Positions 9,961 to 18,878 of a DNA stretch of 26,895 nt are shown here, piece by piece (the first letter of the stretch is position 1; each line of letters opens with the position of its first letter). Position numbers and translations under genes: made by a program. The DNA comes from Promethearchaeota archaeon (GTDB lineage Archaea > Asgardarchaeota > Lokiarchaeia > Sigyniarchaeales > SOKP01). The notes beneath the pieces were generated by a model. The model saw nothing but the letters and a program-made list of their open reading frames with translations, searched no databases and was not told the DNA's origin. The DNA is taken from assembly GCA_008080735.1 (NCBI GenBank), contig SHMW01000063.1, positions 1-26,895 on the forward strand, given 5' to 3'.

Positions 9961-11865
9961 ATGGGTCTTATTAATTATCCTCCAAGAGAAATTTATAATT
10001 TTTTAAGTCAGAATAAACCAGATTATGATCATATTATACTATGGATGTTAAATAACAATGACATTTGTCAGTGGTCGCAATTTACAGAAGAACCAATTAA
10101 TATACCTGTTGGAACATTATCAAGACATTTAAAGAAGTTGAAAGAGGATGGTTTTATAGATAAGGTTTCAAGAGGGAATTATAAAATCACTCTTATGGGG
10201 AGAAATAGATTTTATGAACTTTCTAAAATCGCAAAAAACTACAGAAGATTAAGTTATCCACCTAGGATAATAAAAGATGGGAGGAATTATTCTCATTGGG
10301 TTTTATGGATGGTTTATAATAATACCTACTGTCTAAGAAAGGATTTTCGTAATGAACCATTATCGATAAATAATTCTTCTTTATCAAAGAATCTAAGTTT
10401 ACTTATTGAGAAAGGATATGTAGATGAAGAGGATGGTAAAATAAAAATCACATCAGATGGAAAATCTGAATATGCTCGGATATTACAAAATTATAATTTG
10501 AATAGGCAGGCAATCTTAGAGGAAGAACGTAAGAAAATCGGGTATATAAACAAGGAAGTTTTAGCTTTCTTCAAGAAGTTTAAAATTGAAGATGAGGAGG
10601 TTCAATTTCGTTTTATTACTTATATGCTAAAATTGTCTTTTGAAAAAGTCAACCAGTTATTAAAAAATAAAGAAAAATTCTATAAGATTTTACTTTTTCT
10701 CTCATTAAATCATCCCGATAGGTACCCTGATTTTATATCGTCGAAAGATTACTCAGAAATTTATAAAATTAAAAAAACAGTATTAGACTATTACATAGAG
10801 GAGATTTCAGCAGGAAAAATTTATTCGACTAAATTTTTTAAATTGAGCGCTCCTTCGGGAGGAATATATTATTTTCAAAGTGGAGGAAAATTAGAAAAAA
10901 TGCTTCAAATAATCACTATAGAACAAATTACCAAGATGGCTTATATTAATACACTTTTTTCTAAAACTCTACATACGCTCCCTATATCCATCAGAAATTC
11001 TATTATAAATCAAATATTCGGGCAACTAAAGGAAACTTTATTTCACAATGATTTAAGAGAATCATTAAAAGATTTTTTACCAGAATATATCAAATATCTG
11101 TCATATAAAATAAAGACAAAACCAGAAATTAAAACATCATTTGATAAATTGGAGGGAATAATTTGGCAAGATATGTCAGAAATATTCGATTCTCAATTTT
11201 CAGAGGATTTAAAAGATCAATATATAGAAAAAATAAGAGATATTGAAAATAAAATTAAGATTGATCCCGAAAATATCCAGCTATATGAATCTAAAATCAA
11301 AATCTTAATTTATTATAATCAGTATAATAAAGTAATAGAATTCTTAGATCAAATGAGGGAGAGGTTTCCTTCAAAAGAAATAGATATTCAGATGAAAAAA
11401 GCTTTTATCTTTAAGAAAAAGAAAGATATTCAAACAGGATTGGAGATCATTCAAAACCTACTTCAAAAATATCCGCAGAATGCAGAAATATTAAACTATA
11501 AAGCATATTGGCTTCAATATTTAAATAAAAAAGAAGAGTCTCTGGAAATATTACAAGAACTAATCAAGTTTAACCCAGATAAAGGAATTTATTATGATAA
11601 TTATGGGGAAATATTGATGTATTTTGAGGAATATGATGAGGCGGCGAAAAAGTTTTTAAAAACGTTAGTTATGTGTAATGATGAGTGGTTTATCTATCAA
11701 ACATATATAAAATTAGGGATATGCTATAAAGCGCTGAATAAAATTGATTTAGCAATAAAAAATCTTAAAAAAGGAAAAGATTTAATTGAAAAAAGTTCGA
11801 AAATTGAAGATATTAAAAGTAAATGGCTGGTTATTGTTGATCTATTCTTATCCGAAATAGAATGA
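9961..11865 (+). CDS. Tandem winged-helix DNA-binding protein with C-terminal TPR repeats
   Basis: Two internally similar wHTH units (YPP...H..LWM..NN..C....F..EP..I....LS..L..L.E.G..D.....KIT..G). TPRs at the C-terminus (YYDNYGEILMYFEEYDEAAKKF; TYIKLGICYKALNKIDLAIKNLKKG). Confidence 0.78.
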   Translation: MGLINYPPREIYNFLSQNKPDYDHIILWMLNNNDICQWSQFTEEPINIPVGTLSRHLKKLKEDGFIDKVSRGNYKITLMGRNRFYELSKIAKNYRRLSYPPRIIKDGRNYSHWVLWMVYNNTYCLRKDFRNEPLSINNSSLSKNLSLLIEKGYVDEEDGKIKITSDGKSEYARILQNYNLNRQAILEEERKKIGYINKEVLAFFKKFKIEDEEVQFRFITYMLKLSFEKVNQLLKNKEKFYKILLFLSLNHPDRYPDFISSKDYSEIYKIKKTVLDYYIEEISAGKIYSTKFFKLSAPSGGIYYFQSGGKLEKMLQIITIEQITKMAYINTLFSKTLHTLPISIRNSIINQIFGQLKETLFHNDLRESLKDFLPEYIKYLSYKIKTKPEIKTSFDKLEGIIWQDMSEIFDSQFSEDLKDQYIEKIRDIENKIKIDPENIQLYESKIKILIYYNQYNKVIEFLDQMRERFPSKEIDIQMKKAFIFKKKKDIQTGLEIIQNLLQKYPQNAEILNYKAYWLQYLNKKEESLEILQELIKFNPDKGIYYDNYGEILMYFEEYDEAAKKFLKTLVMCNDEWFIYQTYIKLGICYKALNKIDLAIKNLKKGKDLIEKSSKIEDIKSKWLVIVDLFLSEIE

Positions 11866-11926
11866 ATATTCCTTGAGGGCTGATTGCTGTAATATCTCTT
11901 GAAATTTTTTTAATTTATTGTCTTAT

Positions 11927-13369
11927 TTAAGTCAAATAAGTATTATGGTACCAATCTTTAAAGTTATCGAAACGCGTGGACTCAAATGCAGTCAGCAGGT
12001 CATTATTAGCATCTTTTTGGATCTTTGAAAATAGTTCTTCGTAGATATCTGGATTATCTTCGGCGATATTATCATCCCAATTAGGATCTTGGTTAAGATC
12101 GAACAATTTTCTGTCCGTTTTATCATTCTTGGTAATTAATGCATAATCATCCGTTTTACAGAGTGTCCAAAGTGCCATTCCGCAGGTGATATAATCTCGA
12201 GTGTTAATGAGATGGTCATCATCATCTACAAAAATGGAGAGATCTTTTCCATCAAATATATCGGGAATCTGTTTATCTAAAAACCCATAGAGCGTTGGGA
12301 GTATATCATGATGATATACATAGGATTTTTTAATTCGCTTGGGACCGTTAACATTCCCGGGAGGTTTAATCATTAAAGGGATATCCACTAATTCAGGATA
12401 CATATAAAGGGGGATTTTTCCAATTGCGCCGTGTTCGCCTAAACTATGGCCATGATCACTTGTTAAAATTATCAAGGATTCATCATATATTTCCATAGTT
12501 TTTAGTTGTTGCATAAAATAGCCAAACCAATTGTCGCAAAGTGAGACCTCCCCCGCATAGCAGGCTCTCATACATTTCAGCTCATCATCAGAAAGATAAT
12601 CCACTTGTTCACCATATATCGGCTGAATTATCATATTCCCATCATAATCGTCATCAAGATATTGTTCTAGGTATTGCTTCGGAGGATCCCAAGGCTCGTG
12701 AGGGTCAAACTCATCAATAAAATACAAAACATTATTAAATCGTTCTGTGTCCAATACAGAATCCATTGTTGTTCGGAATGTCTGAGCGGGGAAATATTCA
12801 TCTTCGCATATTCTTCTCTGAACATTCGGTAGATATTTTTTCAATAATAATTTCTGTGTATGAACGGCACCTCTATTCTTATTTGTTTTATTAATTGAAT
12901 GATCTCTTACAGCTTGATTAATATCACTGCGTTTTCCTCGATATCGACATCGATAATTATCATATTCGTGTCCTCGAATGTAATGCCATTCATCAAAACC
13001 AAGATGAAAATTCATGTGGGGTTTAAAATAATGATACGTGCTGCTAATAAAGGAGGTGATGTATCCATTCGATCTCATATATTCCGCGAGATGGGTATGT
13101 TGAGGAGGGATAGGTGCCCATCCAGGCGATTCAACCAAGTCATCGGTCCTATAGTCCAATTTTTTATGATTAAATGGAAAGGTCCGTATACCAGTATGAA
13201 TAGCACGGCGCGCAGGGATGGTAGGCAATGATTCCGGGTATGCTTTCTCAAAAATTATTGAATCCCCAGCAAACTCATCAAAATTAGGAGTGTGTATCCA
13301 ATTATTTCCATATGTTTTCCCCGTATGATCTTTTCTTAAAGTATCAAAAATAATAATGAAGATCTTCAT
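11927..13369 (-). CDS. Sulfatase/alkaline-phosphatase superfamily hydrolase (Thr at the nucleophile position)
   Basis: IIFDTLRKDH, TPNFD, SLPTIPARRAIHTG, DPHEPW, TSDHG and LFDLNQDP motifs. Confidence 0.85.
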   Translation of the reverse strand: MKIFIIIFDTLRKDHTGKTYGNNWIHTPNFDEFAGDSIIFEKAYPESLPTIPARRAIHTGIRTFPFNHKKLDYRTDDLVESPGWAPIPPQHTHLAEYMRSNGYITSFISSTYHYFKPHMNFHLGFDEWHYIRGHEYDNYRCRYRGKRSDINQAVRDHSINKTNKNRGAVHTQKLLLKKYLPNVQRRICEDEYFPAQTFRTTMDSVLDTERFNNVLYFIDEFDPHEPWDPPKQYLEQYLDDDYDGNMIIQPIYGEQVDYLSDDELKCMRACYAGEVSLCDNWFGYFMQQLKTMEIYDESLIILTSDHGHSLGEHGAIGKIPLYMYPELVDIPLMIKPPGNVNGPKRIKKSYVYHHDILPTLYGFLDKQIPDIFDGKDLSIFVDDDDHLINTRDYITCGMALWTLCKTDDYALITKNDKTDRKLFDLNQDPNWDDNIAEDNPDIYEELFSKIQKDANNDLLTAFESTRFDNFKDWYHNTYLT

Positions 13370-13430
13370 ATTTTTACAATAAAATTGTGATTAATTAATT
13401 TTTTTCTGAATTCAGTTAAGTAGGGTGTTA

Positions 13431-13988
13431 TTATCTACGCTTTTTTTGATATTTTTCATATTTTTCGATAGCCTTTTTTTTCCATTTCTTCTGCCAACCA
13501 TTAAAACCACTCTTTACATATTTCTCTCTTTGGGGAAACTTACGAGCAACCCAATCAAACAAAACAAAATATCGTTTTGCTCCGCTTTCAATAGTTAAGC
13601 TCCTTGATCTTATTCCGAGATTTCTTAAATGCTGTATTAACCTTCCCTCTACTGCTAATTGTAATACTCCTTCAATAGCCGCATCTTCATATCTAATACC
13701 TTGCTCTTTAAAGTAGTCTCGTACTAAATCAAAACAGTCCCCCCGACATAATTTTATTAAATCAATACCTTTTTTATAATTCAGTTCATTTAGACCTTTT
13801 TTGACTATTTCAAGAATTTTTTTTTTAGGAGCATTATTTTTTATATTGTTTTTTCTATAGAGTTGGACGGGAACTCGTTTAAAAAGCAGTTCACCGCTCT
13901 CAATAACATGAAAACCAATAAAAGCATCACCTACCAAATCACCTGTACCGCTATCATCAATCTCAATCGTTTTTTTATTCGATGACAT
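13431..13988 (-). CDS. Conserved hypothetical protein, possible RNase H-like fold
   Basis: N-terminal IEIDDSGTGDLVG resembles the RNase HII first motif (GxDEAGRG..aG); basic C-terminus. Confidence 0.5.
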   Translation of the reverse strand: MSSNKKTIEIDDSGTGDLVGDAFIGFHVIESGELLFKRVPVQLYRKNNIKNNAPKKKILEIVKKGLNELNYKKGIDLIKLCRGDCFDLVRDYFKEQGIRYEDAAIEGVLQLAVEGRLIQHLRNLGIRSRSLTIESGAKRYFVLFDWVARKFPQREKYVKSGFNGWQKKWKKKAIEKYEKYQKKRR

Positions 13989-14141
13989 TTGAAATCAGAA
14001 TAAAAGTAGTTTAATTTAATAAAAATAGCATTAAATTTCAAACTAATCAAATATAATTAAAAGTTAAACAATAAAAAGAAGTTTGGATGAAGATAATTAT
14101 TAGAGATATATTTTATTTAATTTTGAGAGAATGATGCTGAT

Positions 14142-14939
14142 ATGATTATTGAAATACTTGTAATAGGGAATGAAATCTTAATAGGAAAAACTCAAGATAC
14201 CAATTCCAATTGGATGGCAAAAAGAATTACTAAATATGGTCATCGAATACATAGGATTACCACAATCGGAGATTCCCTGGATGAGATCGCAAGAACAGTT
14301 CAAGAAATATTAGAGAGAGCCCCAGCTATGATTATAACAACTGGAGGGCTTGGCCCCACTTTCGATGATATGACCAACGAGGGAGTCGCAAAGGGATTGG
14401 GAAGAGAGTTAGTGTTGGATAAGCACGCATATAATATGATAGAAAAAGCCTATAAACAAGCTTATGAACAAGGTATTTTGAAGTTAGAGGGAATGACGAA
14501 GGAGCGAGAAAAAATGGCCTATTTACCAGAAGGATCTATCCCTTTACCTAACCAGAGAGGTACTGCACCAGGTGTAAAAATAGAAGAAAAAGGAACCTCG
14601 ATATTTATTTTACCCGGTGTCCCCGCAGAAATGAAAAAAATGTTTAATAATGTTATCAAACCAATTCTAAAAGAAGAAGAAGGTAAATTTTACCAAAAGG
14701 GATTTATCCTCTCAGGCATAGGAGAAAGCCAAATCGCACCGTATGTCACTGAACTAGAAGAAAAAAATCCAGAACTATGGATCAAAACACATCCAAGAGT
14801 GGGTTTAGCGGTGGAAGTCGAAATATCCGTCACTTGTTTTGACAGACCTAATTGTGAAAATTTGATAGATAAAGTGTTGAAAAAGCTGAAACAGACAGTT
14901 AAAAATTTAGGAGGAATAATAAAAAAAGAATATGACTAA
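14142..14939 (+). CDS. CinA-N/MoCF-biosynthesis-like (COG1058-type) pyrophosphatase, without the NMN deamidase domain
   Basis: IGNEILIGKTQDTN, TTGGLGPTFDDMT, N..GTAPG, LPGVPAEM and GIGES motifs; 265 aa. Confidence 0.88.
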   Translation: MIIEILVIGNEILIGKTQDTNSNWMAKRITKYGHRIHRITTIGDSLDEIARTVQEILERAPAMIITTGGLGPTFDDMTNEGVAKGLGRELVLDKHAYNMIEKAYKQAYEQGILKLEGMTKEREKMAYLPEGSIPLPNQRGTAPGVKIEEKGTSIFILPGVPAEMKKMFNNVIKPILKEEEGKFYQKGFILSGIGESQIAPYVTELEEKNPELWIKTHPRVGLAVEVEISVTCFDRPNCENLIDKVLKKLKQTVKNLGGIIKKEYD

Positions 14940-14986
14940 ATAAATCAAAACCTTTAAATACTTTTGAGAATAAAAACGCTTTCTTA

Positions 14987-15059
14987 TGATGACACCTTGC
15001 GGGTGTTAATACTCAATAAGCTCTCGCATAGTGCGTTTCGGCTTATATCATCGTCATCA
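14987..15059 (-). promoter_or_regulatory. SECIS element (eukaryote-like) in the selD 3' UTR
   Basis: Minus strand reads UGAUGAC-G-AUGA-U-AUAAGC-CG-AAA-CGCA-CUA-UGCG-AGA-GCUUAU-U-GA-...-GUCAUCA. It has an AUGA/GA core (15051-15048 / 15014-15013), helix AUAAGC/GCUUAU, unpaired AAA, an apical mini-helix and a basal helix UGAUGAC/GUCAUCA. Confidence 0.85.
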
Positions 15060-15060
15060 A

Positions 15061-16092
15061 TTAATAATCAGTTATTTCTAAAAACTCCACATTCTCAGAC
15101 ACTCGTACAACACCAGGTTGTTTTTTATCTATTTGACCGATAATCCAATTTGGCACATGGTTACTACCAAGCGCATTGGTAAAGTCTTGAACTTTAGATT
15201 CATCGATTGCCAATAACATTCCACCAGCAGTTTCATGAGCTCTGCACTCCTCGAATGCATAACCGAGATCAGCAGATAATTCTTTGGAAAGCTTAATTGA
15301 AGGGACTTTCTCAATGATCGCTGAGAGATTTATATGTTGGAGCATCTCTCGTGTATGCCCCGCCAATCCAAAACCAGTCACATCAGACATCGCATGTACA
15401 AAGGAAAAATCGGAAAAGGAATGAATAGTTTTAACTACCTCTTGGTTTGGTGTGGTCATTACCTTGATTGCGATATCAATTGATTTTTGGAGTTCTGCCT
15501 TTGAATAGGTCTCCAGAATTTCCGGCATATCTTTAAGGACTCGATATGCTGCCATAATCCCTTGTAGACCGATCGGTTTAGTTAGTACTAATTTATCACC
15601 ATTTTTCACTCCGCTTTTACGGATAATGCTATCGTTATCGACAATCCCAGATGCTTCCCCGCCCATTAATGGCCACTCACAATATATCGTATGTCCTCCA
15701 ACTACATTCGAATCGATTTTTTGTTCCATAAAATTCTTAATACCTTTTAAAATACCTTCTGCAATGTAATCAGGTGTATTCGTATTTATTGCTAGAAAGA
15801 TAAGCATTCCTCCATTAATTTCCGGAACGTTCATCGCGAATATATCATTCGTGACGTTACAGGCAGTGATTTCTCCTTGTATTTCGGGTTCATCAATGAT
15901 CGGAGTGAATATGTCTAAATTTTTCACCAAAACCATTCTAGTTCCTTGAATCGGGATAACTGCTGCATCCTCTATATCACCCCCCAATCCCGCTCTCTGA
16001 AGTAGATCTTCCAAACTTTTTGGTCCAAGCTTACATGATCATCCGTGAATTTTAACCTGTGAAGTTAGTCTGAATTCTTTTTCTTGAGACAT
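15061..16092 (-). CDS. selD: Selenide, water dikinase (selenophosphate synthetase), selenocysteine-containing, 343 aa
   Basis: The in-frame extension above the ORF-track TTG reads MSQEKEFRLTSQVKIHG(TGA)SCKLGPKSLEDLL, with GAGGGTG RBS before ATG 16092. Body motifs: EDAAV, DIFTPI, NDIFAM, GGHT, LTKPIG, DVTGFGLAGH, ETAGGML. Confidence 0.95.
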
Positions 16093-16175
16093 CACCCTCA
16101 GTCCTTTATATTTATATTATCAAATTTTCTTTTTGAGTGTTCTTCTAAATTTATTATCTTATTATTACAAGAGCA

Positions 16176-16520
16176 TTAGAAAAGCTTTATAGATTTTTTC
16201 TGCTCCATAACTTTTTGTTTCAAATCTTTCAATAATGTATTTGCTTCTTCTACGGTTATATTATTTTGAACGATGTCGCCCTTATCTAATGAGACTGCAC
16301 CTAGTATTTGAGATCCTAAATGGCATTCCAAACATTTAATTGATGGATTGGTTAAACACTTAGATATTACTAAAGATAAATTCTCACCATACAATAAAGA
16401 TCGATTTTGATTTTTAGGATTAAAGAAATATAGATAATTATAACTGGAATCTACTCTATTAAACAAAATATAATACTTGTCGTTATGTGTAAACATAGAT
16501 TCAATTTCTTTAATGCTCAT
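16176..16520 (-). CDS. Hypothetical protein with CxxC(H) motif
   Basis: 114-aa ORF co-oriented in the selD cluster; contains KCLTNPSIKCLECH. Confidence 0.7.
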   Translation of the reverse strand: MSIKEIESMFTHNDKYYILFNRVDSSYNYLYFFNPKNQNRSLLYGENLSLVISKCLTNPSIKCLECHLGSQILGAVSLDKGDIVQNNITVEEANTLLKDLKQKVMEQKKSIKLF

Positions 16521-16537
16521 ATCTTTTTTTCTGATTT

Positions 16538-16771
16538 TTATTTTTTTCCTATTCTTATATGATATTTGTTATCATCTACTTGATTTGCTTCAATTTGATA
16601 CCCATTCTTAGAAAATGGCTTTTTGATATTATCAAATTGTTCTCTGTTAGAATAAAATTCTAACACTTTTCCCTCACCCAATTTTTTCAAATTAATTTTT
16701 AATTTTAACATTAGATTAGTACAAGTAAGATCAACATAATTCGGTATTTCATTCATTTCTTCAAGTCGCAT
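16538..16771 (-). CDS. Divergent TusA/SirA-like small protein
   Basis: 77 aa. It follows the TusA pattern (DLTC..LMLKLK..LKKLGEGKVLEF.....DNI......GY.I......Y.IRI.K) but lacks the CPxP prolines. Confidence 0.65.
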   Translation of the reverse strand: MRLEEMNEIPNYVDLTCTNLMLKLKINLKKLGEGKVLEFYSNREQFDNIKKPFSKNGYQIEANQVDDNKYHIRIGKK

Positions 16772-16822
16772 TTTTTATTATAACCTTGAATTCCTATATT
16801 TTCACTTTAATAAAATCTAAAC

Positions 16823-18073
16823 TTAAAAGAAAATAATTCGTTTATGGGTAATTGAGTTATCTTGTTTAGATATAATTAATCGTGTCAATTCAATATTATT
16901 AATCTTTTCGATATAATTATTTAATTTATTCACTAAATCAAAATTCCGAATTTTTAAAGACTCATCAAGTACATAATATTCTAAAAACTCCATATCTGAA
17001 GTCGCTAAGATGATATCTTGTATATTAAACATTTTATCCTCACTGCTTAATTTATGCTCAGTTGGTAAATTATAGGTCCCATCTTCAATAAAAACAACTT
17101 TCGTGGGGATTTCATGATTCGCACAAGCCATCGCAAAGGAAAGCCCTCCAAAAGTCCATTCTGATCCATAGGGATTATGTGTAATAAATATAATTATAGG
17201 AGGCTTAATTTTAGATGCTTTCTTTTTATTTAGTTTATCTTTATCGAAATCATTGCAATATTGAACTATTCCGCAAGAAGCTGAGAGAATTAGATTATTT
17301 TCCTCAAATCTCTCGACAATTTTATTTAAATTACAAAATAAATAATGTGGGATTACATCATCCGATTGAAAATATTCCTTTTCTTTTTTTTCTCGGATAT
17401 AGCCTCGAGCGGTTCCGCAACGAGAGCATGATAACATGATAAAGCGCAAATCATTCATCCTTGCCTTTTTTTCTAAATACCTCAATTTTTTCCCTATATT
17501 TTCATATTCAGACGGTTTTTGCCCTATATGTCCCATATGAATTCCATCCAGGTAAGTATAAAGTTCTGGATCTAATTTATAATCAATTGCTTTTTCTAAT
17601 AATCTCAAAGCATTCACGGTTGTTCTGCTCATATAGGGTCCTTGAAATTCTAATAATCCTATTCTGTTTCCATTAAATTGATTATGAATAGAATTAAGCA
17701 GTCCATTCCAAAAATCTGAATCTCGTTGTAGGATTGTATTGGAATGAATCTCGGTGTTATTTAATTCTGTTTCTATATCAAGTTTTTTTCTTTCTTTGCA
17801 TTCCAATCCTAATAATTTTATTTCTTCAGAATCCAAATTACAAAAAAAATTATCTACTGAAATTAGTTTTTTCCAATAGGGACGGTATCTTTTGTCTATT
17901 AAACTGAAAAGCGCATCACCTGTCAAAAATAATCCAAATTGACTAATGTCAATAGCAGCCTCAGAGGTTTTAGCATTTAGGTTTATGCTGTTTCCTCCTT
18001 TATCAAAGCTTTTACTCAACCATCCTAATCTTTCCAATGGGATATGTTCCGTAAAAAGAAAGTGTATTTCCAT
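16823..18073 (-). CDS. DsrE/DsrF(/DsrH)-family multidomain sulfur/selenium relay protein
   Basis: N-terminal unit FGLFLTGDALF (DsrH-like). Middle unit GPYMS...YTYLDGIH...SCSRCGTARG (DsrE/TusD-like). C-terminal unit ITHNPYGSE...VFIEDGTY...ESLKIRN (DsrF/TusC-like). Confidence 0.78.
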   Translation of the reverse strand: MEIHFLFTEHIPLERLGWLSKSFDKGGNSINLNAKTSEAAIDISQFGLFLTGDALFSLIDKRYRPYWKKLISVDNFFCNLDSEEIKLLGLECKERKKLDIETELNNTEIHSNTILQRDSDFWNGLLNSIHNQFNGNRIGLLEFQGPYMSRTTVNALRLLEKAIDYKLDPELYTYLDGIHMGHIGQKPSEYENIGKKLRYLEKKARMNDLRFIMLSCSRCGTARGYIREKKEKEYFQSDDVIPHYLFCNLNKIVERFEENNLILSASCGIVQYCNDFDKDKLNKKKASKIKPPIIIFITHNPYGSEWTFGGLSFAMACANHEIPTKVVFIEDGTYNLPTEHKLSSEDKMFNIQDIILATSDMEFLEYYVLDESLKIRNFDLVNKLNNYIEKINNIELTRLIISKQDNSITHKRIIFF

Positions 18074-18135
18074 TTGATTTTTTATGTTAAATAAAAAAAT
18101 TTATGAAATTTTTATTAGAGGTTTTTTCTATATAT

Positions 18136-18363
18136 TTATGGGACATTTATTTTTAATTCCCACACACCAGGTTCAAGCAAAGTTGATTTAACGCCGTATC
18201 CAAGCTTTTTCATGTCAGTCGGTATTGTATCATTAGCGGCAGGTGGGTGGTCAGTTTTGACGATTAAAACATCTCCAGAACTTAATTCCTTTACCTTTTT
18301 CCTAACTGCTAATAGACAGTAAGGACATACTTTTCCTATAATATCTAATTTATATTCTGTCAT
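18136..18363 (-). CDS. TusA/SirA/YedF-family sulfur (selenium) carrier protein
   Basis: LDIIGKVCPYC...LSSGDVLIVKTDHPPA...IP; 75 aa; AGGTGA RBS upstream. Confidence 0.9.
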   Translation of the reverse strand: MTEYKLDIIGKVCPYCLLAVRKKVKELSSGDVLIVKTDHPPAANDTIPTDMKKLGYGVKSTLLEPGVWELKINVP

Positions 18364-18376
18364 TTCTCAAATTCAC

Positions 18377-18877
18377 CTAAGGCATTATCAATTGGACTAA
18401 TTGCATTATCAATGTGTGGAAAACTATGGCACCAGCAATCGTTCCCGCAACAAAGAACAGCGATTTTAAATTTCCTTCAGAAGTCATTACAATCTGTCGT
18501 AATGGACATCCTCCTAATAGGACACCTATAAATCCCATTCCAAATCCGCCGATTATCGCTAAAATAACATATGAGAGAGTGCTAAGTCCTCCAGGTGCTC
18601 CGGGGATCGGAGTTAGAGGGTCAGTTTGATTTGCAATCCAATAGAAATTAGGAAACGCAGTCGGCACAATAGCCCAAAATATAAAATATCCTATAAAAGC
18701 TCCGCCAATTAATGCTAAATATCCAAAGAATAATCGAGTATGTTTGAACATAAAGAGATCTCTTAGACCTCCAATTGAGCAAAATCCAGACCTTTGCGCT
18801 AAATATCCGATAATAAAACCCAATATAAGCGTGATTATCGGTAGTACTAACGCAGTATTGGTAAGAAGACTAGTCAT
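18377..18877 (-). CDS. YeeE/YedE-family membrane transporter, C-terminal half
   Basis: Hydrophobic; motifs LAQRSGFCSIGGLRD and LLGGCPLRQ....EGN. Confidence 0.88.
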   Translation of the reverse strand: MTSLLTNTALVLPIITLILGFIIGYLAQRSGFCSIGGLRDLFMFKHTRLFFGYLALIGGAFIGYFIFWAIVPTAFPNFYWIANQTDPLTPIPGAPGGLSTLSYVILAIIGGFGMGFIGVLLGGCPLRQIVMTSEGNLKSLFFVAGTIAGAIVFHTLIMQLVQLIMP

Positions 18878-18878
18878 T

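Noticed and set aside
15061-16014. ORF-track SelD start at TTG 16014 (317 aa)
   Set aside because: It omits the catalytic U-x-C-K motif; the in-frame ATG at 16092 with an RBS is the better start.
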